From: the human T2T-CHM13v2.0 reference genome, Homo sapiens
Assembly (NCBI RefSeq): GCF_009914755.1
Contig: NC_060934.1
Direction: 5' to 3' (one strand)
Length of the DNA stretch: 64,000 bases
Part shown: positions 27,499 through 42,897 of the stretch, piece by piece
Layout: each line of letters opens with the position of its first letter
Position numbering within the stretch: the first letter of the stretch is position 1
The notes under the pieces: generated by a model
Seen by the model: the letters and a program-made list of their open reading frames with translations, nothing else
Databases searched by the model: none
What the model was told of the DNA's origin: nothing
Made by a program: the position numbers and the translations under genes

Positions 27499-27981
27499 TC
27501 AGATATTAAGCCTTTGGTGCTATCTTTCATGACTTTACCACTTTCTACTCTGCAACATATTTACATAGTAAACTGTGATTTTGACATAGAGATATTCGTC
27601 ACCTTTAACAGAAAAGAAGAAATCTGAAGCCCACAGAGGTTGATTTATCCGATATCATATGGACAAAGCCTAGCTCTCCTAATTCTAAATTTAGTTCAGT
27701 ACCCCACGATCCATTTCTGTACCCTAAACTATTTCTATAAATTGCCTTTATTTGGGCAATAATAGATGATAATTTGTCTGGAAAACTGGGTACATTCCAT
27801 CAAGTGTGTCTTTAAATTTGGCCTATATTCCTTGGAAATCCATGCTATGCTAAATTCAGTTTCTAGAATGTTTTATTCTGTGTTCATCATGCCTGAAGAG
27901 GGTAACATAAAAAAGCAAATATTTATTTCCCATTATTCTAGGCCATATTCCAGTTGAGCAATAATATTTGTTTATACATAA

Positions 27982-28268
<287 letters not shown>

Positions 28269-29851
28269 TATATATAACTCTTACTTTTGGAAGTTGAATT
28301 AATTCACTTTTTCCTAGACTGTTGTCCTAAATGCAATAATGCTCCACATTCTATCAAAGTGTAGGTACAGTGTATCCCAGAATCACTAGAAAAAGGTAAC
28401 TATATGCCCACCTTATGTAGAATACTTGAGGCATATATATCCAAAGAATATATGTTCTACAGATTGTGGAGAGCACGTCACTAATTAGGAACCAAGTATC
28501 CAAACACATAGATAGCTACCTTCAAAATTATCTTGGTTAAAAGAATGACAGAAATCAGAAAGTTTGTTGCTCTTATGGTCATTTTAGGTTTTCAGTATTT
28601 TTTTCCTATGGCAAGTTGCACTAGCTAAAAGTAGCATAAAGAGAGTTAGAGAGAATCACACCCAGGTGTAAGGCAAAGCTGAATAGCTGAGCTTCTGAAG
28701 TCTTTGTGGCTAAACTTTTCATTTTTAAGACATAGTAGTCAGTACAGGAATCAGAAGGTGGAACCATCTGCAGCTATCAGCTTATACAGAGTACATGACA
28801 GTGATCCAAACAGCCACAAGAATAAGCAGTCCTAACAGTAGCATGGTGCTTTACTTCACTTAGTACAGTGACAGGGCCTTGACCCGCAAGCTCCAGCAGA
28901 ACCCCACCACGTGTGTGATGTGTATTCAACCTGCAATGGTAACATACAGCAATACATTAGGCACACAGTAATGCCAGAAGTTTTAATATTAGACTCAGAA
29001 AGATACCACAACTAAAAATTTCTACATGGGGCTCCTATATGCATAGAACTCTTGTATATGGAAAAGGAATATGGGAAAATAATTTTTTTTACGTTGCTCC
29101 CTGATAGTTACTTTCCTGGGGAATTTCAGGGTCCTGATTTTTAACTTCTCCCATCTCCTGACCCTTACGTAGATGATAAGACTTTTTAAAAGCCATGTTC
29201 TATCTTCTAAATGTTGGGTTTTGGTAGATGACTTGCTACTTGAATAATAGAAGGTAAAGTATAGCTACATATAGTTTAATGTTGTAATTATGTAAAACTT
29301 ACAACTAAACAAAGCTGCTACGTATCACTATTAAGGGTGTGCCTAAGAGCTTTTGTAGTTATAATAATTAGCCACATATAGGCTATTTTAGTAATTGTTA
29401 TAATTATTTTCATCTAATTAATTGAAATAGATTTTTCTCATTTTTTAGTACTCTAGTATCTAAAAAGTGTCTGCTTAATATTCATGACACACTCTCCTGA
29501 CTCACTTGCTTGTGTGGCTGGTCTCCTTTCCCACCTCCCAGTGCCATTCAGTTAAAGGCAAAGTTTCCGAATCCTAAAATTTTCTACATCTCACTATGTA
29601 GTTAGGCCTTGGGTAGCTATCAGGTACATGCCTAACTTGCCTGCAACAATCTTTCTTAGAAATTTTTGAGCAGTGTTTTTAGCTGCTTCATGATTCCTTT
29701 CCCAATCTACAAATGTGTGTTTTTGTGTGTGTATGTGTGTGTTGTGTTGTGTGTGTGTATAAATACATTGAGGGGGAGTATATATGAAGGCTGTCAAAAT
29801 AATCAGAGGGTTATAAACCTTAGAAACTCTGAGTCCATGGATTGCAGATTG

Positions 29852-30140
<289 letters not shown>

Positions 30141-30399
30141 GGGATTGCAGATTCTTTAAACCACCACCAATTGTCAGACAGAAGAAAGAAGGGGAAAGAA
30201 CTAATGTTACAGGTGGGAAGAGGTGAGGAGGGAGCTCAAACACATTGCCTGCTGAAATTCTTAGACACAAGCCTTGACCATGATAAACTTTAAAATGAAA
30301 TCACACAAATCATAACTTCACCATTACCGGACGAAGGAAAAGGAAGAGAGTCTAGATTGAGAAGAGAGAGAGTGTATCTTCCCCCTTCCTTATTTAAAA

Positions 30400-30585
30400 T
30401 AATAAAACCTATCATTTACGGAGCACTTCCTATGGGCTGGACATTCCCGTAAAACTCTGCATGGCATATAGCCTTTAGTTCTGACAAAAAGTCCTATGAT
30501 GTGGGTATTATTATCTTTGAAGCTCAAATAAGATTAAAACCAGTACCAAGATAGATAGCTAGTAAGTGATCAGTCTGGATGATTC
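30400..30585 (-). mobile_element. MIR
   Basis: 'catttacggagcacttcctatgggctggac...cctatgatgtgggtattattatc...agctagtaagtg'. Confidence 0.6.
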
Positions 30586-30759
30586 TTTTGCCTAAGATTT
30601 GCTTCTGTTTCACAGTGTTTGGGGGAGGATTAAATGAGAGTTTCCAATGAACTTACCAACTCTTCACCATGGTTTGTCCACTTTGCCAATATCATCTTCC
30701 TTTTATTCAAGTAGGCTGCAATTGCATTAACTTTGTTTTCAGACTCTAAAGCTGGGAGA

Positions 30760-31062
30760 TAAAACACTGTGTTCCCAAGGCGTTTGCTGCTGTTGATCCT
30801 CTGCCTAGAGTTCTCTTCTCCCAGCTTGTACAGTGTCTGGCTCCTTCTCCTCTTAACTCTCATCCTAAATGTCATCCACTCTGAGAGGCCTTCTCTGACC
30901 ACGTAGCTATAGTTCCTACTACTGTTTGCATGAGTAGCAACTTCTTTACTTGATTACTTATTATTTGTCTTTCTCTCAAGCCTTGGGCTGTGAGGGTAGG
31001 TGTATATCTCCAGCAATTGCCATGATAATGACATAAAGACACTCAACACACAAGTGAATGAA
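30760..31062 (+). mobile_element. L2 3' end
   Basis: 'ctggctccttctc...aaatgtcatccactctgagaggccttctctgacc' and terminal 'cactcaa...tgaatgaat'. Confidence 0.75.
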
Positions 31063-32803
31063 TATATGCAGTAAAGCGTAAGAGCCTGATTCAGAGCCTG
31101 GTACACATTTCACTCATTACATCTTAAACTCCTCCATTCTCTAATAGCTACAAGAAGGCAAATGGGTCAGAAAAATAATGAATACTGAAATATTTCCCTT
31201 GTCTACAAGGTGAATTTGGTAAAATGGGAGGCCCTCAGATTTCTTTGCTCTATTTTAATTCCTGAATTTGAGACATACAAACTATCTCATCCTCCCTGGC
31301 CCAGAAACTTTAGGTCTAACAGACAATTGAAGCAAAAATAAATATACTCATACATACATACATAGGATTACCAGTGTATGCAGGCTGCTTAGCCTTCACC
31401 AGTCATAGGAAACATCTCAGCAGGGGCCCCTGTTTCATCATAGCTCACATGTTCTTCCCCGGGAGCTGCACAGGTAACATGAATGAGTGAAGCTGGCCCA
31501 GGGACAGCATTGAGCACAAGACTAGATGTCCTAGATAAAGAAGGCAGCTCCACCCCAGCTTTAGCTAATTCATAAGTGATGATGCCATGATGAAATAAGG
31601 CCCAAGGTTGCCAAATGTATCTTTTTTTAAAAAGGCTAGAAATTAGATTTGTATATAAAATCTTTCTAATTATAGGTAGCAAAAATTAATTTAAAAATTT
31701 TAAAATATCATGTGTGGAAAACATCTGTGTGATTATGCTCTCATTGACCATCAGTTCCTAATTATCATGATCCAATATCATTCTTTTTTCCTTTTCTTCT
31801 TCTCTTCCCTCAAGGGGACATTCTTGAAGTATGGCAGAGAAAACTCTAAGTTCAAATATACTTTGACAAGATCTCAATTTCCTCCAATTAGAATATAGAA
31901 TCTTCAATAAGTTTTTCAACTTCTCTGAGCTTCAATATCTTATAAAATTTGAGATATTATTGGTTGAATAAAATAGAGTAGAACTTCTTCACAGGTACTA
32001 ACATTTCAATAATAATTTATATAAAAACAATTAATTTAGTGTTCAAACTGTCTTTTACAAGATTGAACACAATACTTATAAATTTCAAGCCAATCTTTAG
32101 CATCACTTGGATAAAAGTCAGAAGAATAAAAAACAGTAAAAATCCAGTTTTAAAAAAATCATATCATAATTAAGCATCTGCTTTTGCACTCAGTTGTGTC
32201 TGTCAGTGCAAAAATAAGTCCCCTTTAAAATAGAAGGAAAGTGACAGTTCTTAGAAAGAAACTTACGATGTGTGGTGGGTTACTTTTTCACTTTTTCATG
32301 GACTTACCCTTTCATCTCCAAGAAGATATGGAAAAAACTGAAGGAGGCAAAGGTTACATTTTTCAAGGGTAATAGTACACCGTGGTTCTTTCTTTATTAA
32401 TAAATTTTACTGAGATAGCTTATTGCTCCTTTTTTTTTCTCTACTAGAAGTAAGTAATTTTCCTCCTTAACTACAAATGATTTTTAAGTAAATACCAGTT
32501 TTACTAAGGTTTCCAGATTCCCAGTTCTAACGCCACAATCCCTGATGACTTAATGTATCTTCTATCCTGGTCCCACTTCATTATTAATAATGACAGCTGA
32601 CTGATATTAGGTCAAAATATGGACCAGAGATGTAAGACAGATTTTGTATATCCTGCCTCTAGTATCTACAACAACCATGAAAGAAAGGTCTTATACCCAT
32701 TTTATGAACAATGAAAGTCTCAAAGGAGTTGAATGACAAGTATTAAAGGGCTCTGTGTTTGAACCAATCCAGAGGCAAGGGGCTCTAAAAATCTGACTTC
32801 TCT

Positions 32804-32830
<27 letters not shown>
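32804..32830. repeat. (TG)n microsatellite
   Basis: Seen directly in the sequence. Confidence 0.95.
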
Positions 32831-32834
<4 letters not shown>

Positions 32835-33237
32835 AAGTGCTATGGTTTGAACACTGATCGTAACTTGGTTTTGTTTATATACACTTGCTAATTATTTCTG
32901 GTATTTCAGATTTATACCACAAAGACTATTTTCAACTTGCTTATTTCTCAGGCCAGATGTTACAGAGAAGGATGAGGCTGATAAAAGGCAATATGTTAAA
33001 AATTTCTTATTAAATGAGATTCTGACCTAAGGAGAAATTATTCTGTAATATTTCATCCTCAAAACAAAGGTAACAAGTTTATTCTCTTAGGAACTGGAAA
33101 AGCTGAAGCCCATATTTCCTACAACATGATAAAACTCTAAAACATGAAGGCAAATAAACAATACTATCTTAAGCCAGTCTGAAAAGATTTTAAAGTCAGT
33201 CACACCTTTATTCCCTTCATCTTAACATCATAACTTG

Positions 33238-34075
33238 TAGGAAATCCTCACTTAACATTATTGATAGGTTCTTGAAAACTGCAACTTTAACACAACCAAT
33301 TTTAACGAAGGTTAATTGATATAAACAAGAGTTAAGCTCCCATGGCATGTTTCTGGTCACAAAAATATCAACAAACTTCTAAATAAGACAAAGAGACTTT
33401 CAATATTGAGTATTGAAATAAATGTGAGCTATACTTACCATTAAGAAAGACAAACAAAAACAAATAAAATAATGGTTTACCCAATTTTTGGTGAATCAGT
33501 GAGTGACAGTGGTGGTAAAGGTAGTGGGTTAAATCTAAGAATAAATATTCGCAAAAGTGAAAATTGTAAAGAGCAGCTCTTCTATCATGCAGTTCTAAAA
33601 CAATCATGAACAGGGTGGGCTCCCTGAGCACTTTTGCACTGCATCATTTTATGTAGTGAATTTGTGGGATTATTGTCTACTTTATGAACTTTTATTTTAC
33701 AGTAATATATATTAATTAACTCATTAATTTTTTAATTCCAGTTCTGGGTCACAGGTGGCTGGAGCCTATCCCCAAAACTCAGTGCACAAGAAGGGAACCA
33801 GCCCTGAACAGGACACCATTCCATCACACACAGCAAGTACTAAACACACACCCACACTCACTCTGATTGGGACAATGTAGACAAGCCAGTTAACCTAATG
33901 TGCACATCTTGGGGATTTGGGAGCAAACCAGAGTACCAAGAAAAAACCCCTATAGACACCAGAGAATGTGCGAATTCCACACAGACAGTGGCCCAGGTGG
34001 GAATTGATTTTCTCCCCCTATCATTGTTTATAACAACAGGAGTTGAACAAAATGATATTATTCAAGGACCTGCTA
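33238..34075 (-). mobile_element. MER6 (TcMar-Tigger non-autonomous element carrying a V-SINE-like domain)
   Basis: TIRs taggaaatcctcacttaac... / ...tattcaaggacctgcta followed by TA. The minus strand reads gggccactgtctgtgtggaattcgcacattctc...ctctggtttgctccc..aaagatgtgcacattagg. Confidence 0.8.
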
Positions 34076-34690
34076 TATTTAACTTCTAATACTTATTTAA
34101 AATTTCAATTATCCAGTTGACAGATAATTATGTTTTAAAACAAGTAATATAAATTTAACTTGTTGTCTAGACCAAAACCTATGAACTTTTCTCAATAACT
34201 GATTACGGCAGAATAAAATTTAGACAAAACGTTTACTTAAAAAGAATTGAATAGCAGACTAATTAGTGATCTTAAAAGCACCCATAAGATAGATGAAAGT
34301 TCATAAAATGCACACATATTCAAAAACAAATTAGTTCAGTTTCGCATTACATTCAAAATATAATTTTTTTAGACATTCATGCTTATATCAAATGTAAGTG
34401 AAATTTTGTTAACATAGTCTAATGATCAGTTAGACAATAAGATAAAATACAAATTTTAAGTTTGGAAACTTAATGCAAGTTTAATACATTAAAATACAGA
34501 GAAAATGGTGATGTTTCTAAGAATACTTCTTCGTTCAGTATCTGATGGCCAGCACATGCCTTTGAATAATTTTTTTTCCACAAACTAAATTTATGGTTAG
34601 TCAAGTTTTGCCATTTCTACATAATTCCTCATTTATTTGGGTTTGTTTATGATACAGTTTTCGTAGAAATACTTATAAAAAGAAATTTTA

Positions 34691-34999
34691 AGCCGGGCGT
34701 GGTGGCTCACACCTGTAATCCCAGCACTTTGGGAGGCCGAGGTGGGTGAATCACAAGGTCAGGAGTTCAAGACCAGCCTGGCCAACATAGTGAAACCCCG
34801 TCTTTACTAAAAATACAAAAGATTAGCTGGACGTGGTGGTAGGCACCTATAATCCCAGCTACTCAGGAGGCTGAGGCAGGAGAATTATTTGAACCCAGGA
34901 GGTGGAGGTTGTAGTGAGCTGAGATCACTCCACTGTACTCCAGCCTGGGTGACAGTGCAAGACTCTGTCTCAAAAAATTAAAAAAAATTTAAAAAAAAG
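34691..34999 (+). mobile_element. AluS (Sg/Sx-like)
   Basis: Full dimer. TSD aaaagaaatttta (34678-34690 / 35000-35012). Confidence 0.97.
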
Positions 35000-35561
35000 A
35001 AAAGAAATTTTATAATTTATATTATCAAATTAGTGTGATTTAATGTCAGTAACACAAACAGTAAAGGAATGCATGGTGATTTATTTCTATGGTGTTTTGT
35101 AGGAAAGGACATTTGAATTTTCTGTCAAGGTTATGAAAATGATCTCTGAAAGCTCTCAATGATTTTCATTAACTAAATCAATAACAGTAATATTTAATTA
35201 CATTCACTAATGGATTCTCCTTTTATTTTATAGAGTCGGATATTTATTAAATAAGTGCATGCCAGCAACTATATGGACAAAAGACAAAGCAAAATATGAA
35301 AAAGGGGGAAAGCATTATGGTATGTGGTTGAAAACATTGCTTGAAAGTTTTAAAATAACCTTCAGAGCCCCATCTCCTTGTACAGGCTCTTATTTATTTT
35401 GCCCATGAAGCTTTATTTTCAAAATGAAGCTTGCTTTGCAGCTGGCCCAGTGGGATAGCAGGGTTTTTATCTTGCCCTTTGTCCCTAGATCAACCAAGTC
35501 ATCTATGAATAGTTAGTGGAATCAGCTGAGTAAGATCATTTGCAGGTGGAGTTGCTGGGAG

Positions 35562-35616
<55 letters not shown>

Positions 35617-35622
35617 CACGCG
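35562..35622. repeat. (AT)n(GT)n compound microsatellite, alternating purine-pyrimidine
   Basis: Seen directly in the sequence. Confidence 0.95.
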
Positions 35623-36009
35623 AATTTGGATAAGTGAGATTTTCTTCTAAATATAATGCATACTCTATAATCCCAGTGGTCAATAGTAATCTCTCCACCT
35701 ATGTGAAGGTCTTTGAGACAAGTGCACCTATCTTTCTTTGTATTCTGTCGTTGTGATCCATAGATACCAATTACTCTGGTCTTCCCTCATTTTGATCTGA
35801 TTGCTCCCAGTTCTCTGTGCACGCCAAGCTTCCTCTCCAATATCCATATGCCACATGTTTTTCCTCATCCATGCTATTGCCAAAATCCATGCCCTCTAAG
35901 TGAAACTTTATTTCCATGTTTCTAGGTCATCCCTATTCTCCAACAACTAGATTAACCACCTCTTCTAAAAATTCTTCCATGCTTAGATGAAACTGATCTC
36001 ACCCTCTCT

Positions 36010-36146
36010 GAGTGGTTCCCAAGTTTTAGTATGCACATGTAAATGCTCTTCAAAGCTAATTATGCTGCAGTTACCAGGCTCTGTCCCTAGATATTTGGTA
36101 AAATAATTCTGATGCATGCAATCCAGAAATATCTTTTGAGAACCTT
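36010..36146. mobile_element. MER5-like hAT MITE fragment
   Basis: agtggttcccaagttttagtatgcac ... aattctgatgcatgc...tttgagaacc. Confidence 0.5.
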
Positions 36147-36344
36147 CTTGCATAAAACTTCTCTGAGCCACAGTGGTATTTCAACTTCACATCACTGCAC
36201 CTTAAAGGTAGAACTATTTTTTTTTTTGGTTCAGTACCCTTTCCCTATTACTTTAAGAGCACTCGTTCACGCATTGCAAGCCCTTGAGTTACTCCTGAGA
36301 GAAAGAAAGGAGCTAGCAAATACTTAAGAAATCGAGTTATTAAA

Positions 36345-36460
36345 TGAGTCAATTTTAGGTTTGAATATAAATCCACTTTTATAAAGTATGAACTTGGTCA
36401 AGTTGCTTAGCTCTTCTGAGCCTTGGATATCACAACTATAAATGGGAATAATAATAAAAA
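36345..36460 (+). mobile_element. MIR core fragment
   Basis: 'ttaggtttgaat...gaacttggtcaagttgcttagctcttctgagcctt...aaatgggaataata'. Confidence 0.65.
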
Positions 36461-36587
36461 TGGGAATAATTACTTGATCATAATCAAATGGGAAAAAAAA
36501 TCAAGTGTTTAGTGTTTTATTCTCCCTTATTCATGTTTTCAAAAGAGAACTTCACCTTGAGAAAAACACTCTTGGAGTAACATGTCC

Positions 36588-37062
36588 CATAGAGCTACTT
36601 ACTGATTCAATATTTACTCTCCCTTTACATTAACGGAATCCCAATAATTGAGGGAAGCAATATGCCCAGTTAAAATCTACACACCAAGCCTACTTTTCAG
36701 CTAGGGATAACCATGTGATGTTGGTCAGTAAGATGTATGTAGAAGTCCTTGGGTAGAAATGCAGAGAAAAGCTCTTCATATAAGACAGGGGATGGGATGT
36801 AGGGATAAACTAAACTTGTTTGCAACACTTTGCCTTTTGCTTTTCTAGAACATAGAATATGAACATAATTGTTTAAGCAGCTATATCTTAGCTTCCAGGG
36901 AAAATCTAAAAGAATCACAAAATCCTTTGCCCTGATATTTTAATGCCACCAACCATACACCTATAAATTTCTTGTCATTAGACAAAAATAAAACAATTAC
37001 ATTGGTTAATCTACTGTTTGGAATGTCTGTTACTAGCATTCAAATGCAATTTGTAACTGGAT
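36588..37062 (+). mobile_element. MLT1 (MaLR) solo LTR, I/J/K-like
   Basis: 'gcaatatgcccagttaaaa...cagctagggataaccatgtga...gcagctatatcttag...aaataaaac...tctgttactagc'. Confidence 0.7.
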
Positions 37063-38339
37063 AAAAGAAAACAAACAAACATAAAACACCAAAAAACATC
37101 TTTCACTTCTTACTCCCACTCTTCAAAGGAAGAGAGTATTTATTTGTGAGACTAAGAAAGGGCATGAATTAAAATCACCAAGTTCCTGTTCTCCTGTGGG
37201 TAGGAGTAGATACTGAGTGGATGAATTTAATACTGAGAGAAAACTATTTAGAAAGGTCATTAGGATTCAAGTTGATTCACAGAATTCATTGCACTCTCCA
37301 ATGCAGCTCCAGTAATAAAGCTGACATTTTGACCCATCATCAAACCTACATTATACCTACGTTGTGGGGCTGTTGTGAGCTTTTACGCAGCATTGCATAT
37401 AAAATGCCTAGTCTCGCACCTGATATATAAGTCTTATCGACCATCACTATGACCATTCTTATCACTATCATCTTCATTTTGAATATTCTTTCTTTTGGTA
37501 AGTCACAGTTATTCTCCTGCTGGCTTTAGGCTGCTGTTTTAATTTCCCTAAGTCTCCCTCTAGTTGTGATCTTTGGCTTTGATTTACCCTACACATTTAT
37601 GCACTTCTTTTTCTTGCCTACTTGGTTCTAATTTTTCCTGCCTCTAGCCAGTTGGCAAATTTCTCCTTTTGATGTCTATCTTGGCATTAAATAATGTTTA
37701 ATTAATATATGTCAGTGTTACCAAGCATACCATCTGAAACAAAATTGCCATTCAGCCAATGTAAACTGAATGTGAATCTTACAAATTCTTGCCTTAGCTT
37801 CGTCAATTCCTGGTCACTTGAGTTATCTCCACAACCCTTGGCCACTTGCTGCCCTGAGGAGCATGACACATTGACAGGTTGGCTGTCTTCGTATCACTAG
37901 GACTTTGGTGCAGGTCTTGGTTCTCTCATTCCTAACCCAGCCTGAGACATTCTGTTCCTGATAATAAAAAACACATTTTCCTTTTATATATAATATTCCA
38001 TATCTTCTAATACATCTGTAAAAATACTTTTGACCTAGTAATTTAAAGATGCTTCTTGTAACACCATAAAAAAGAGAAAATATTGCCAAATGTTGCCAAA
38101 GGAGAGAATAGACAGAAATAAAGAACAGTAATGCAAATGAAGCTTTTCATTTAGACTTTTGTTAAAGTGGCTGAGAAAATATTCTTTTGGCCAAGAAATG
38201 TGTTGTTATCAACAGCTTCCAAAATTTTGGCCTTTAAAAATCATGTTTACATTATTATTATTAAGACATCAAACATGCAATTAAATAACTCTCTCTTTAA
38301 ATGCAATAACTTTGCCTTCCAGACCAATGCCCATCACAA

Positions 38340-38434
38340 ATAGCCAGCCAGATTATGCTCTGTACAGCTTCAGGAGTCCTCATTCCCATAGATTATGATA
38401 TGAATAGTGGCCCTTGAGTTTTACATGGTAGCCC
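38340..38434. mobile_element. MER91-like hAT-Tip100 palindromic MITE
   Basis: Degenerate hairpin 'cttcaggagtcctcattcccatagattatgatatgaatagtggcccttgagt'. Confidence 0.45.
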
Positions 38435-39279
38435 AAGTCCAGCTTCTACTCAACTGATCAATGATTTTTAATTATGTTGGACCATCTTTGTTGAATAGGT
38501 AAAAAATAAAATATAGATTTGAAAAAAAATAGTTATAACATGTTAGAAGAGCTTTCTGCAAAACATAATTTTGGAAAAGTCATGTTTCCATTGGGATCAA
38601 GATTGTCCATTCTATTAAGTTACCGAAAGAAACATAAAAACTAAAGGTAAATTTATACCTTAGGGGGCTGCTGATATTTAAAGGTTGGAGGTAGAAGAGG
38701 GTTGGACTTGGTGGAAATCCTAAGAAGTAACTTAACTGTGCAATTAAAGTGAACTATAGATAAAATTAGAAAGTGAAACTAATAAAAAACTCTTAGCCTG
38801 TTTTAGAATCATTCAAGTTATTCTCAACAATTCCACTTATTATTTCCTTTAAATGTATTCTTTTACTAAATATAATTAGTTGCATACATTTTTGAAAACC
38901 TGCAATGAATACTTTTTTATGGTAACTACTTAAATGCCAAGATTTAAATTTCAAAATACTGATTGTTTCCATAAACAAAGATATAACATATTTTTATACT
39001 CTCCGAGTGTATTTTCTATTGCCAAAATACTGTGTTTACAATAAACTTTAAAAAATTCTCGCTATTTTAACCTTTGTCCACTGCTACGAAAAAGCTCCAA
39101 ATAATACTCTTTATGCTGAAGCCAAGGAAATGTGCGTATGCTATATGAGTGTCCTAGTGACCAGGCTGTGATGTGTGGCCTTGCACTCTCATCTACAATT
39201 AAATAGTTCAGGAGTAGACACATGAGTCAGATGGATTATATCCAAGTTGGCATTTAAAGGTCTTCATTTGGGAATGTGC

Positions 39280-39520
39280 ATGGCACCCTGGAACACTGAA
39301 AGTGAGACTAGGTAGACTAGTGGGTGAAAATGACAGTGGCTGAGGTGAAGCTCTGCTGGTAGATAGGGCCCAGAACACACTCAGAACAGGCCTCACAGAG
39401 GATTTCGAATCTTTTTCTAAGTTCTGTGGAAAACCATTGAAGAGCTCTAAGTAGAGGAATCACACACTTATATCTGTTTTTAAAATATCACCCTACTGCT
39501 TCTGGCTTTGAGAATAACTG
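39280..39520 (-). mobile_element. L2 fragment
   Basis: 'gggaaaccattgaagag'-like and 'ttttaaaatatcaccctactgct' L2 antisense motifs. Confidence 0.6.
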
Positions 39521-39524
39521 GTAG

Positions 39525-39955
39525 CAGATCAGCCTGCCAGCCATAAACTATTGGAAAACTCGAAAAATATGTGCAACAGCTCTTTTCAGGCACTGGAAAA
39601 CAGACACTAAGGAACTGTGTTTGCAATGAGGAGTGGAACAAATGAGGAATGTCCTACAGTCGCCCAGGATTTCTGCCTGGAGGCACTTCCTAGATTTAGA
39701 CATGAGCAGAGGAAACCCAAGCAGGGCATGCCAATCATACTTAGCTGAAGAGACAGAAATCAAAGTTCAGTTGGAGGAGGTGAGGCAGCTGGAATTTGTA
39801 GGGCATTGTACCAGAGAGGAGGGCACTATGCAGTAAAAGAGTTCCAGAAATCTCTATACAGATTTCCTGGAATCTTTGGCTGAGCTGTAAATGCAGAGAA
39901 GAGACTACACAAAGCCTTGCAAAACAAACAAGTACCAGGAAAAGAACAAATCCTG
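39525..39955 (+). mobile_element. Old L1M (L1MD/MC-like) 5' UTR fragment
   Basis: 'tttctgcctggaggcacttcc...gcagctggaatttgtagggc...ccagagaggaggg...ccagaaatct'. Confidence 0.6.
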
Positions 39956-40679
39956 GTTGGCGGGAGGGAGTTGGCAGGAGTATCTCCATTCTGGACATTT
40001 GGGAAGAACAAGAATCCTGCTGAATATATGTTGCCAGCTGCACTTAAGTGTCAACCTTAGGAAAAGAGACTTTTGACAAAATATGGTGACTTACTGGAGA
40101 CCAAAACATTGGTATTTAGTGTCCCTTTTCACTAGATACACCGCTCCCCAGGGCATTGTGAGGGAGCAGAGAGCTGCTTTTCAACCTCCACTCTCTCAAG
40201 GACCTAGAACCAATCTGGTATAAGCCCTCAAAAGTCTCTAGTTAGTCACCTTTCCTAGAAATCCAAGAACTCCCATACTCCTGCTTGAACTGTGCATCAT
40301 AAATCCCATAAATGAGCCCAGACCTGAACAAACAAAAGTCAGGACTTATTTGGCTTATGGGTATCTGGTAACTTCTGCTTTAAACCTGCAGCACAAAAGC
40401 CTCTGAGGTAAAAGACCACATTACGGGGTCCCTTTTAAAAAATTTATTTTTAATGATACAGGAGGTAAATGTAATTCCAACAGCAGTAAGAACAAAATAC
40501 AAATTAATGTCTCAATAAATTAATCTGCCACACTAAGTATCTATTTTATAAATTCAAACCAAATGTGCTTAATCATCAAGGGTTGTATTTAATATATTTT
40601 TTTAACATGCCATTTGTACTTCTATTTAATTGTGATGATATGAACAGGAGTTGGAAATACTGGGTAGAAGAGGGCAGTT

Positions 40680-41003
<324 letters not shown>

Positions 41004-41360
41004 CTACTCTCAAGCCTGGACACCCGTGGCCCTAAATGAGAACAGGCATTTCTGTTTTCTCTCCCAAAAAGTTGCCTTTTGGCCTGCCATGTCCCTATCC
41101 TGTATCCCAGGCTCCAGAAAAGACCAGCAGATGAGGATATAAGACAAGCAGATGAACAGCAGAATGACACAGCAGAGAAAGAGGGAAGAGGGGGAATGTC
41201 TGAGTGCTGAGAGGAGTTCGGCTTGGGGTGGTCAGAGAGGAGTTTAGTGGCTGAATGGTCCAACTCCAAGGGAAGATCATCTTTCCACTCCATCCCCACT
41301 TCTGGCTCCCCATCCATTCCACTGAGGGCCACCTCCACCACTCAATAAAAACTCACATTC

Positions 41361-41642
<282 letters not shown>

Positions 41643-42220
41643 AAAACCTCACATTCATCCTTCAAGTCCATGTGTAATCCAATTCTTCCAGGACAGTGGG
41701 CAAGAGCTCAGGACACAGAAAGCTGTCACTCTGGCCTTCTGCCCTTGCAAAAAGGCAGAGAGTCCACTGAACTGGTTAACACTTAAAGCCATGTGCAGAC
41801 AGCAAGGCTAAGACAGCATTGTAACACTGGGGTTGCAGGCACCCACCCCTAGACACTACCACAGGGCCAGAGCCCAAAGCACTGGCCCCAGCCTCTGCAC
41901 CTGCCCATCTGCATGCTCCCCTTCCTGCAAGGGGTTTGAGCAGTGATGGCAACTGAACAAGTGAGCCACAAACCTGTTCCATGTCCTGCATGGGGGATCA
42001 GGGAACTCTTCAGTTTCATGATGACAAGATGCTCTGAGAAGCCATCATTTAACCCGATGCATGCCGGTTGGCCTTCAGTTTGCTTTAATTAGTTTATCAT
42101 CATGCTTAAACTGGATATGGAGATTCAAAAGGAACTAAGGTAGAACCAAGCACAGCCAAATGAAGATACCCTGTCATAATTTTACAACTTCTGAGACATC
42201 ATAATTTTACAACAAAACAT

Positions 42221-42420
42221 TGGAGATATTTTCTGGACCAAATCACAGAGAAGTAAACCCAAACAGAGCCTGGCAGTCTTCCTCAGCTGTGGAGAGAGGT
42301 CAGATTTGCAAGAGTGGGATAGCTGGATTTGTGAGGCACTGTCCCAGAGAGGAGGGAGCTACACAGAGGAAGAATTTTAGAAATCACCACAGAAATCCCC
42401 ATGAGTCTTTTGGGACCAAA
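42221..42420 (+). mobile_element. Second L1M 5' UTR fragment homologous to ~39680-39880
   Basis: Shared motifs aaacccaa.cag, agctgga.ttg, gt.ccagagaggaggg, agaaatc. Confidence 0.55.
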
Positions 42421-42708
42421 AGCAAACATTAAAATAAGAATAGGCACACGAAAGGCAGGAGTGCAAATACACTTAACGATAATCAGTAATGACTGTAGTC
42501 CCTCAGCTACATGCTTATCGGTTTTTGTTTAGTATTGACTGTTTTCTGTACATTAAAGGGTGAAAGAAAAAGAAACATTAAAAATGTGCTGGGTACCTTC
42601 TATGTGCAAAACTTTGAATGACAGATTTGATTTTACCATTTCAAAGAATAGAAACTAGCAAACAAGAGTCAAGATGAGTTGTTCATATCTTGCCTGCAGA
42701 AAAAATAA

Positions 42709-42897
<189 letters not shown>

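Noticed and set aside
28850-28960. Possible minus-strand acceptor (ctaat...ccattgcag|28930)
   Set aside because: Weak polypyrimidine tract, no strong donor and unrecognised peptides.
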